A stretch of 64,000 nucleotides of DNA from Pseudomonas phage pPa_SNUABM_DT01. The notes beneath the pieces were generated by a model. That model worked only from the letters and a program-made list of their open reading frames with translations, did not search any database and was not told where the DNA came from. Both the position numbers and the translations under genes were made by a program. Where the stretch lies: the sequence record MW735835.1, one strand, 5' to 3'. Below, one piece after another: positions 57,393-64,000 of this stretch (positions within the stretch are counted from its first letter, which is position 1; each line of letters starts with the position of its first letter).

Positions 57393-57761
57393 ATGCAACA
57401 CGCCAAAATGATGGACATCGCTCGTGCCGTTGTAGCCAATGGCTTCAAAGTCGTGGACGATCACAGCCCGAATGGGAGCCTGGAATCCCTAGCGGCAGTG
57501 GGCTATCACTACCGTGGCGAGCGTATGCACGTTGTTGCCCTGTACGAGAACACCCCGTACTTCAGCATCAACGAAGTGTACATCGACGAAGAAACCGGCA
57601 AGCCTCATCTGAGCCGGACCTCTGTCGGTGGCGTCATCAAACCCCAAGGCGATCTGGAAGCTGGCATCGAGCAATACAACGAAAGCCAGAAAGCCTATCG
57701 CTCCAACAATCCTGCGTACATCGGCGAAGTGTTCCGCGCCGAAGAAGGAGAAGCAGCATGA
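57393..57761 (+). CDS. hypothetical protein, 122 aa
   Basis: SD TAGGAG upstream of the ATG. Confidence 0.6.
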   Translation: MQHAKMMDIARAVVANGFKVVDDHSPNGSLESLAAVGYHYRGERMHVVALYENTPYFSINEVYIDEETGKPHLSRTSVGGVIKPQGDLEAGIEQYNESQKAYRSNNPAYIGEVFRAEEGEAA

Positions 57762-57877
57762 AAGAATCCACCAAGAACGAACTGAAGTTCTTCGGTCGTG
57801 TCGCCGCCATGGCAGCCGTCTCTGCGGTTGTCGGTGCTGTAGTCGGCCACTGCGTGCGTAAAGCACTCAACGGCTAA
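57758..57877 (+). CDS. small single-TM protein, 39 aa
   Basis: ATGA overlap with the upstream stop; MKESTKNELKFFGRVAAMAAVSAVVGAVVGHCVRKALNG. Confidence 0.35.
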   Translation: MKESTKNELKFFGRVAAMAAVSAVVGAVVGHCVRKALNG

Positions 57878-57933
57878 CCCAACCGGGGGAGGGCAACCTC
57901 CCCTATCCATCCATCCCATTCGGAGAAAACATC

Positions 57934-58065
57934 ATGGGACGTTTCCTGTTCGGCGTACTCTGCGGTCTCGGCCTCGCTGCTTACATCCAGAGCGAGAAAG
58001 AGAAAGCTGCAAAGAAAGCCACCGAAGAACCGGCCAAGCCGGCTGCTGAACCCGCTGCGTCGTAA
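57934..58065 (+). CDS. small single-TM protein, 43 aa
   Basis: MGRFLFGVLCGLGLAAYIQSEKEKAAKKATEEPAKPAAEPAAS; SD GGAGAAAA. Confidence 0.4.
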   Translation: MGRFLFGVLCGLGLAAYIQSEKEKAAKKATEEPAKPAAEPAAS

Positions 58066-58105
58066 GACGCAGCACCCATCCTCACTAGCACTGCAAGGAA
58101 AGATC

Positions 58106-58261
58106 ATGAGCACATTGGATAAAGTCGTTCTGGGTGTAGGCGGCACTATCATTGCCGGTTCCACCATCGCCCTTGCGGTGCTGTGGAAGAAACACGGCAC
58201 ATACACCAAAACCGTAGAAGGCGACAAGGTCACTCGTCGCTGGACCTTCAACGCTAAGTAA
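58106..58261 (+). CDS. small single-TM protein, 51 aa
   Basis: MSTLDKVVLGVGGTIIAGSTIALAVLWKKHGTYTKTVEGDKVTRRWTFNAK; SD AAGGAAAG. Confidence 0.4.
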   Translation: MSTLDKVVLGVGGTIIAGSTIALAVLWKKHGTYTKTVEGDKVTRRWTFNAK

Positions 58262-58285
58262 TAACCCGATCTCTGGAGATCCACT

Positions 58286-58630
58286 ATGAACACCGCACTC
58301 GCTATCATCGACATCCTGCTGGCTGTTACCTCGGTCTTCGGCCTGCTGACCACCGCCGCGATGTACATCTTCTTCTGGAAGAAAGGCCAACTCACCGTGT
58401 CGGAAATCTACGACATGCTGATGATGTCCATCGTCCTCAGCTGCTTCAGCAAGAACTGGCTGACTGCTGTGAATTGGGCCTTAGCTGGTGTAGGCTTCGG
58501 CATCCTGTCGTACTACAACCACTTCTGGTTCATCAATGTCTCTGTCGTTGCCTGCGTCGGCTACCTGCTGATCGTCGGCTTCCTGTGGAAAGTCGTCCAC
58601 AACAAAAAGAAAGCTGCTCCGGCAGTCTGA
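58286..58630 (+). CDS. membrane protein, 114 aa (3-4 TM)
   Basis: SD GGAGA; the protein is hydrophobic throughout. Confidence 0.6.
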   Translation: MNTALAIIDILLAVTSVFGLLTTAAMYIFFWKKGQLTVSEIYDMLMMSIVLSCFSKNWLTAVNWALAGVGFGILSYYNHFWFINVSVVACVGYLLIVGFLWKVVHNKKKAAPAV

Positions 58631-58637
58631 CGGAATA

Positions 58638-58685
58638 AGAGCCGGGGCATGCGCCCCGGCTCTAGTCCTTCTTTTTTTCTTTTTT
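58638..58685 (+). terminator. intrinsic terminator
   Basis: Stem AGAGCCGGGGC / GCCCCGGCTCT, then a T-run cttctttttttcttttttg. Confidence 0.65.
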
Positions 58686-58747
58686 GCTCCAGTAAAGAAA
58701 TACGCAAGTGAGCCATACTCTGAGAGACTGGTTCCTGCTTCTTTCTG

Positions 58748-59575
58748 TTACCGGCGCGAGCCTACCACGTAACGGAGGAGTCGTCGGTGCTGGTCTTTGT
58801 TCGCCATCACGCCGGACTTTCTCCACTTCTCAGTGAAGAACTCCTTGTACATCTGGTTGGCATCGGCGTAGGTGTCGATGATCTCCCGGATGCGGCCCAG
58901 GGACGCACCACCACGGATCGCACCTTCATCCAATGGGATGACGGTCTTGTTGAAGATCCAGGCTTTGCAGGCCAGCGTCACCATCTCGCTGAACTTGTCC
59001 GCCCACAAGCCCGAGATGTTCGCGAGGTTCGGGTCGTGAGTGACCAAGCAGCGCAGGAAACTGATGCCCGGGACACGGTTCATGTTGGTGACCATCACGG
59101 TGTTGTCCGCCACCAGCGTGCAGTACGCGCTCTGCACTTGCGTCCAGGCAGCGTTGGATTGCATCACTCCAGCGGCTGCTTCCAGTACCATCGACCGGTC
59201 CTCGGAGATCACCCCCACGTTCCCCAACGTGTGTCCTTGGCCATAGCTGAGGCCATAGACCTCGGTGATGCTCCGGCCCTGGGTGAGTTCTTTTGGGATG
59301 CGGTAGATGTAGGTCCAGTTATCGACCCGTTCGCCGGGCACGTTGGTCAGCGGCAGGAAGACTTCGACACCCGAACAGAGGTTCATGTCTACCAGCACGC
59401 GGCCTTCGATGATCTGGCGGCGGATCACGGTATCGTTGCTGATACCGGTGGAGTAATCGCGAATCAGACCTTGTTTGGTCGGATCGTAACGAGTCGGCGA
59501 GAAGGCGTAACGAAGCACTTCTTGCGGAATCTCGAAGTTTCTGAGCCTGTCAAGGGCTACGGTGATAAGGTCCAT
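58748..59575 (-). CDS. hypothetical protein, about 275 aa
   Basis: The track start 59623 overlaps the divergent gene and promoter. ATG at 59573-59575 (MDLITVAL...) has GAGG upstream. Confidence 0.5.
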   Translation of the reverse strand: MDLITVALDRLRNFEIPQEVLRYAFSPTRYDPTKQGLIRDYSTGISNDTVIRRQIIEGRVLVDMNLCSGVEVFLPLTNVPGERVDNWTYIYRIPKELTQGRSITEVYGLSYGQGHTLGNVGVISEDRSMVLEAAAGVMQSNAAWTQVQSAYCTLVADNTVMVTNMNRVPGISFLRCLVTHDPNLANISGLWADKFSEMVTLACKAWIFNKTVIPLDEGAIRGGASLGRIREIIDTYADANQMYKEFFTEKWRKSGVMANKDQHRRLLRYVVGSRR

Positions 59576-59636
59576 TGTGAGTGCCTCAATGAAGACGAAG
59601 GTACACATGATGGGTGTCAACATAAGGAGCGCACTC

Positions 59637-60359
59637 GTGCAACAAGAAACGGCCCACCTCTGGGATAGCTTGCAGTACCGTCAGGAAATGCATGATCGAC
59701 TGTTCCACAGCGACATCTACAACCTGGCCAAGCCCCACCGCCTGACCCACTTGGTTCTGCATCAGGCCAAGTACGTGTCGCGCTACCACATGGCCCTCAA
59801 GGATGCCGATGCGTTCCGTAAGACCTACTCGGACAAGTCGGAAACCACCACGTTGCCCGAGGGCCACATCACTGAAGCCGTGAGGCGACTGACCATCGAC
59901 GGGGTGATCATCTGCCTGTCCACGTTGAACGTCTGCAACCGCAAGATGTCCGACCTGCTCGACAAGTACATGATCTGGGATCTGAACGAATGTGCTGATC
60001 AACTGATCGTCTCCATGGGCAAGATGGCCAAGACTGTGGAAGACATCGACCACATGGCGCAGATCCGTCCGCTGGGCACCATGGTCGAACTGACAAAGGT
60101 CATGACCCAGGCGTACATCAACCTGTGGACCTTCTCCAGTGACCGAGATGGCGTTAATCATTTGCTAGAAGCATGCTACCATCGGCTGAACGAGGTAGAG
60201 CGGAAGCACATCTTCGCCGATCAGCTCCAGACCGAGATGCTCGTCAGTATCAACGAACATCGCAAGCGCACCGGCCATCCGACCGTGACCCCATCTGCCG
60301 CCTACATGGACATCGCTGTATGGCGCAGTGGTAATGGCGGCGGTGCCGTCTCCGGCTAA
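59637..60359 (+). CDS. hypothetical protein, about 240 aa (GTG start)
   Basis: Strong SD TAAGGAG 7 nt before GTG 59637; the track ATG 59562 overlaps the divergent gene. Confidence 0.5.
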   Translation: MQQETAHLWDSLQYRQEMHDRLFHSDIYNLAKPHRLTHLVLHQAKYVSRYHMALKDADAFRKTYSDKSETTTLPEGHITEAVRRLTIDGVIICLSTLNVCNRKMSDLLDKYMIWDLNECADQLIVSMGKMAKTVEDIDHMAQIRPLGTMVELTKVMTQAYINLWTFSSDRDGVNHLLEACYHRLNEVERKHIFADQLQTEMLVSINEHRKRTGHPTVTPSAAYMDIAVWRSGNGGGAVSG

Positions 60360-60360
60360 T

Positions 60361-60386
60361 CGAACTTTCCACAATGATACATTATC
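60361..60386 (+). promoter_or_regulatory. copy 6 of AT-rich element
   Basis: CGAACTTTCCACAATGATACATTATC, right after stop 60359 and 42 nt before the phuZ ATG. The ORF-track start 60374 lies inside it. Confidence 0.45.
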
Positions 60387-60427
60387 TTTGTGCACATACT
60401 TCAACCACCTCCGTGAGGAAGCAACAC

Positions 60428-61420
60428 ATGAATCAGAACAACGGCCTCTCTACCCGCCCCGTCGGCAAGATCCGCATCTACGGTTGCGGTGGTGGTGGCG
60501 TGAACATCGGTAAGGAATACCTGGATCAGGGTCACAGTGGCGACATCGCCAACATCGAGGCCTGCTTCATCGATACCTCCGACGCCAACCTGGAAGACCG
60601 CCTGATCGACAAGACCTGGCTGTTCGACGACCTCGATGGCTCCGGCGCCGTTCGCCAGACCAACGTGGCCGCCATCCAGAAAGCAATTCCCGACATCATC
60701 CGCAAGTTCCCGGCGGCCGACGTCAACATCGTGATCTTCACCCTGGCCGGCGGCACCGGCTCGGTCGCAGGTCCGCTGCTACTGCAACAACTGCTGGCCG
60801 ACGGCCACATGGCGGTCGCCATCGTCATCGGTGCCAAGCACTCCGGCCGTAACGCCGAGAACACTCTGGCCACCGTCAAGACCCTGGACGCCATCCGTCA
60901 CGTCACCGGCAAGCCGGTCGTCATGCACCTGGGCATCAACTCCACCAACGCGCCGACCGATGACGGCGTGGACCGTGAAGCTCATCTGATGATCACCTCG
61001 CTGGCCATGCTGTGCTCCCGCCGTAACCATCGCCTGGACACCGCCGACCTGCGTTCGCTGTTCGACTTCACCAAGTCCACCAGCGCCCCGGCTCAGATGT
61101 GCCGTCTGCACGTGACCGACAACACCGAAGCCTTCAACAAGGTGATGAAGACCGGCCCGCTGGCCGCTGCGTACCTGCTGCGCCAGTCCACCGACCCGGT
61201 ACCGGATCTGTTCGTGCCTTACAGCACCTACGGCACCATGCCGGCCATCGCCCAGGCCAGTGGCAGCCTGTTCTTCGGCATCGAGAGCGGTTCGATGGTT
61301 GAACTGCACAAGCTGGTCGCTGACCTGCAAAAAGAAGTCGAAACCCAGAAGCGGGCGGCTACCCAAGCCACCAACTTCGTCGATGCTCCGCCGGCCGGCG
61401 GCAGCGTCCTGGTCTTCTGA
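60428..61420 (+). CDS. phuZ: phage tubulin (PhuZ/TubZ-family GTPase)
   Basis: T1 loop KIRIYGCGGGGVNIG; tubulin signature (T4 loop) FTLAGGTGSVAGP; strong SD GAGGAAG 7 nt upstream of ATG 60428. Confidence 0.8.
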   Translation: MNQNNGLSTRPVGKIRIYGCGGGGVNIGKEYLDQGHSGDIANIEACFIDTSDANLEDRLIDKTWLFDDLDGSGAVRQTNVAAIQKAIPDIIRKFPAADVNIVIFTLAGGTGSVAGPLLLQQLLADGHMAVAIVIGAKHSGRNAENTLATVKTLDAIRHVTGKPVVMHLGINSTNAPTDDGVDREAHLMITSLAMLCSRRNHRLDTADLRSLFDFTKSTSAPAQMCRLHVTDNTEAFNKVMKTGPLAAAYLLRQSTDPVPDLFVPYSTYGTMPAIAQASGSLFFGIESGSMVELHKLVADLQKEVETQKRAATQATNFVDAPPAGGSVLVF

Positions 61421-61427
61421 CCCACAC

Positions 61428-61456
61428 GGACTGTGGAGCTAACCCCTCCACAGTCC
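61428..61456 (+). terminator. hairpin followed by TATGCCG motif
   Basis: Stem GGACTGTGGAG / CTCCACAGTCC (loop ctaaccc), then tTATGCCGTGTT. Confidence 0.5.
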
Positions 61457-61487
61457 TTATGCCGTGTTACCGAGACAAGGAGATTCC

Positions 61488-61964
61488 ATGTCATCCACCC
61501 ATCCTGGCTACATCAGCGCTGCTCGCCTCGAAGACCTGCGCGACCTGTGCCAACCATCGCAGTTCAATACCACCGAAGAAGCCCACAGCGCCCTGCATAA
61601 CGGCATTATCGGTCTGCTCAAGAATACCGACAAACTCTGGGTCGATGCCCGGCGTTTGATCCCCGGTGACATGTTCATGAACGACGACGCCAGCGGTCGC
61701 GTGTTCATCGTCAAGGATCGTTTCTTCCATTACACCCACCATACCCGGCTGTCTCAGCGTATGGTGTTCGGTGAACCCCAAACCCCGCACGGGACCAACG
61801 TCCTGCAAGGCGAGTACCTCGAACTCTCCCTCAAGGACACTGTGCCCGGCGCATCGTTCTACGCATGCGTTCACACTGGTCTGATTTACAGCGCTGTCGC
61901 AGACAAAGACCCCTTCCCGGATTACAAGATCGGGAAGTCCGTTTACCTCATCACTAAGCCCTAA
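61488..61964 (+). CDS. hypothetical protein, 158 aa
   Basis: SD AAGGAG 5 nt upstream of ATG 61488; the track start is upstream inside the hairpin. Confidence 0.55.
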   Translation: MSSTHPGYISAARLEDLRDLCQPSQFNTTEEAHSALHNGIIGLLKNTDKLWVDARRLIPGDMFMNDDASGRVFIVKDRFFHYTHHTRLSQRMVFGEPQTPHGTNVLQGEYLELSLKDTVPGASFYACVHTGLIYSAVADKDPFPDYKIGKSVYLITKP

Positions 61965-61976
61965 CAGGAGACCATC

Positions 61977-62687
61977 ATGTCCCAGAAGAAAGAACTGATC
62001 TACGGTGCCGATGGCAAACCCATGTATGAACTGGTCGACACCACCCGTGCCAGTCAGTGCATGAAATGGGTCCCGGTCTACGGCGGCAAGCCGCTGCTCC
62101 GTGTGGGCTTCCTCTCCCCGGTACCGAAGCGTCACCTGACCGACGGCGAGTACATCCACGACAGTCGCCCGATCGCTTGGCCGGTCTACCATCCGTACTG
62201 GATCGTCCGCATGTCTGACGACGCCAACATGCTGATGGCCTACGTCGAGAAGCTGGAAGACGTCAAGGTCTACTGGCCGGAAGCGACCGAGATCACCGTC
62301 TTCGAAGAAGGCGCTGAGCGTTACGGCTTCAACGCCAACTTCCCCGAGCCTACCTGGCTGAAGGAAGTCTGGGCGCCGGAGTTCACCGTGGCTCCGCGTA
62401 AGATCGGCGTGTACCGTATCTTCGACGCCGACAACGATGTCCTGAACATCATCGGCTACAGCGACGACGTGGACTACGCCGTGCAGCTGAACAACCACAA
62501 GCTGGAGTACGGCAACCACGAGGACCAGGAGTTCCAGGCTGAATACCCGGGCTGGCAATACCTGACCATCGAGTTCTACCCGACGCCGACGCTGGAAGCG
62601 GCCAAGGCCAAGTACGACGAGCTGTACAAGTTCCACCACCAGGCCGGCAACGAAGAAGGCAACCTGCCGACCAATCTGTTGATCTGA
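61977..62687 (+). CDS. hypothetical protein, 236 aa
   Basis: SD AGGAG upstream of the ATG. Confidence 0.6.
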   Translation: MSQKKELIYGADGKPMYELVDTTRASQCMKWVPVYGGKPLLRVGFLSPVPKRHLTDGEYIHDSRPIAWPVYHPYWIVRMSDDANMLMAYVEKLEDVKVYWPEATEITVFEEGAERYGFNANFPEPTWLKEVWAPEFTVAPRKIGVYRIFDADNDVLNIIGYSDDVDYAVQLNNHKLEYGNHEDQEFQAEYPGWQYLTIEFYPTPTLEAAKAKYDELYKFHHQAGNEEGNLPTNLLI

Positions 62688-62692
62688 CCGGC

Positions 62693-62986
62693 ATGAAACC
62701 GTTCACGTCAGATTTGTTGAGCGGTTTCGATGAGACCACCGAGCAGGCCCAGCTTGCTCGGTTCTCCAGGAAGCGACTGGTTCAGACGAGCCCGCCGTAT
62801 CCTTGTGTACTCGAAGCGCTTGACGCAGCCGAGGCAAATAACCACATGGACTTCTGCGATTACAGTTACGTTGATTCCCGTAATCGCGTGGTAGCCATCT
62901 TTGAATACAACGATGTGACGCCTGACAAGCCCGTTGGTAAAGGGCAAGAACGCGTCCTCATCCCGCACTACGAGAGAAAGCCATGA
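62693..62986 (+). CDS. hypothetical protein, 97 aa
   Basis: ATG 62693; ATGA overlap with the next gene. Confidence 0.5.
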   Translation: MKPFTSDLLSGFDETTEQAQLARFSRKRLVQTSPPYPCVLEALDAAEANNHMDFCDYSYVDSRNRVVAIFEYNDVTPDKPVGKGQERVLIPHYERKP

Positions 62987-63168
62987 TCAACCCGTATGGG
63001 AAACTGAACGATGAAGTCCTGGACCTTGCAGTCAAGATGAAGATCGAGCCCGACTTCTCCAACGTACGCCAACGGGTACGCAACGCATCGCTGGCCATGA
63101 AGGTCAAATACAAGCGTGCGATTATCGCCAACTCCATCGACAACCTGCTTGACGGCAACGATTTCTGA
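62983..63168 (+). CDS. hypothetical protein, 61 aa
   Basis: Coupled start (ATGA). Confidence 0.45.
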   Translation: MINPYGKLNDEVLDLAVKMKIEPDFSNVRQRVRNASLAMKVKYKRAIIANSIDNLLDGNDF

Positions 63169-63178
63169 GGACAACCCC

Positions 63179-63382
63179 ATGTGCACCATCTTTGAATGTG
63201 AAAAGTGCGGCAACGTCGACTCCATCCATGCTACCCAGCAAACCAGCGTGGGTTACGAGTGCGGCCGTTGCAAGACCGGCGAATGGCATGGCCAGTTCCC
63301 CGAAGAGCGCTACGAGTTCGAGAAGCACGGCCCTGCGCTGAACAAGTCCAACCCCTCGGGTGACTACGCCAGTTTCAGTTGA
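63179..63382 (+). CDS. zinc-ribbon protein, 67 aa
   Basis: MCTIFECEKCGN...ECGRCKTGEWHG (two CxxC pairs); SD GAGGA. Confidence 0.5.
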   Translation: MCTIFECEKCGNVDSIHATQQTSVGYECGRCKTGEWHGQFPEERYEFEKHGPALNKSNPSGDYASFS

Positions 63383-63387
63383 TCCAT

Positions 63388-63430
63388 CAAAGAGAGCAGA
63401 GGAATTCCTCTGCTCTCTGGCTTTATTTTT
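63388..63430 (+). terminator. intrinsic terminator
   Basis: Stem AAGAGAGCAGAGG / CCTCTGCTCTCT (loop aatt), then ggcTTTATTTTTT. Confidence 0.65.
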
Positions 63431-63486
63431 TCAGACGACCAACCGGTTATTATATACTGGGGTGACCTATTCTGTAGGGGGAGGAT

Positions 63487-63828
63487 ATGAATATCGAATT
63501 TAAGGGCCCTACGGCGCTCATCTTCGACGTTTCAGCCCTTACCGGTACCCTAGATATAGGTGGAATGATTCCGCCTCTTGCATGGCAGTTTGTGATCGAG
63601 CAAGACCTGATCGAAAAAGTCGGATTGACGATGGTGTCCACAACACCTCACTGTCCTTCGTTGGAGAATCAGTACAGCTTGATTCGCAAGTTGCAAGACC
63701 GGTACGAGCAGACGTTCGTTGATCAGCTTGATCAGCACTTGACAGCGCACCTGCGCTTGTTCGGGTTATCAATCGAGATGACATTGGATTACTTGGTCGT
63801 CTTTAAAGAGAACACACTTAGGAGTTAG
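63487..63828 (+). CDS. hypothetical protein, 113 aa
   Basis: SD GGAGGA upstream of the ATG. Confidence 0.55.
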   Translation: MNIEFKGPTALIFDVSALTGTLDIGGMIPPLAWQFVIEQDLIEKVGLTMVSTTPHCPSLENQYSLIRKLQDRYEQTFVDQLDQHLTAHLRLFGLSIEMTLDYLVVFKENTLRS

Positions 63829-63830
63829 CC

Positions 63831-64000
63831 GTGCAAAACATCGCAGTCCCCATTTCCGAGCTAGTCTCGTACCTTGATGAGACGCTCAGCCTGTGGCCTC
63901 GTGGCTACAACGTAGAGCCCACTGGCCCGGCGCGGAGTGATGTACTGGTACGAGCTGCTGCTGCGTTCGCCCAAGATTACATCCTGATGTCCATGCGTCA
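63831..64000 (+). CDS. hypothetical protein, partial (5' end)
   Basis: GTG with TAGGAG upstream; the ORF runs off the window end. Confidence 0.4.
   Translation, partial: MQNIAVPISELVSYLDETLSLWPRGYNVEPTGPARSDVLVRAAAAFAQDYILMSMR

Noticed and set aside
57341-57877. 178-aa Arg-rich forward ORF
   Set aside because: Overlaps gene 57393-57761 in another frame with shadow-like composition. Only its last 39 codons are plausible, as the small TM protein starting at 57758.
60374-60427. Upstream extension of the tubulin ORF (track start 60374)
   Set aside because: The ATG at 60374 lies inside the conserved AT-rich element and has no SD. The ATG at 60428 has a strong GAGGAAG SD.
1-64000. tRNA, rRNA, CRISPR, IS elements
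   Set aside because: No cloverleaf-compatible GTTCGAATCC/T-loop plus acceptor stem combinations were found. The TTCGATTCC at 36732 lacks flanking stems. No direct-repeat or spacer arrays, no rRNA-like conserved blocks, and no transposase-like ORFs or terminal inverted repeats were seen.

Overview
The window reads as a compact, about 57% GC, jumbo-phage genome segment of the nucleus-forming (phiKZ-like / Chimalliviridae-like) type. I read roughly 65 protein-coding genes in alternating-strand blocks, with good Shine-Dalgarno sites and frequent ATGA/TAATG start-stop overlaps. I found no rRNA, tRNA, CRISPR array or transposon. All calls come from reading the sequence and translations, with motif comparisons from memory; no searches were run.

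The recognisable genes are:
- a PhuZ-type phage tubulin (T1 loop GCGGGG, T4 loop AGGTGS);
- a multisubunit-RNAP beta-prime N-terminal-like protein (ADFDGD) translationally coupled to an unsplit beta-like 1463-aa protein;
- a 2106-aa virion giant protein with a soluble-lytic-transglycosylase (SLT) motif (GVESGF), comparable to phiKZ gp181;
- a T4 gp17-like large terminase (Walker A IRQTGKS) beside candidate portal and capsid genes;
- a DNA-metabolism block: Rad50/SbcC-like ABC ATPase, RNase HI-domain protein, UvsX/RecA-like recombinase;
- a probable NADAR/YbiA-like protein.

The signals I found most interesting are regulatory:
- a 7-copy AT-rich element (consensus near TTCGAwwwTTTTCAgCAATACATGATAnCAGTGA) 40-70 nt upstream of start codons;
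- a TATGCC(G) motif fused to the 3' arm of terminator hairpins whose stems begin CATAC and end GTATG, suggesting terminator-promoter modules;
- a terminator-like hairpin plus U-tract inside the leader of the putative major capsid gene;
- an elaborate 80-nt terminator structure;
- a 360-bp purine-rich non-coding locus bounded by three hairpins.

Two clusters of tiny single-TM proteins and a membrane-protein/lipoprotein pair are also unexplained.

The ORF track's long reverse-frame ORFs are antisense shadows and were rejected.
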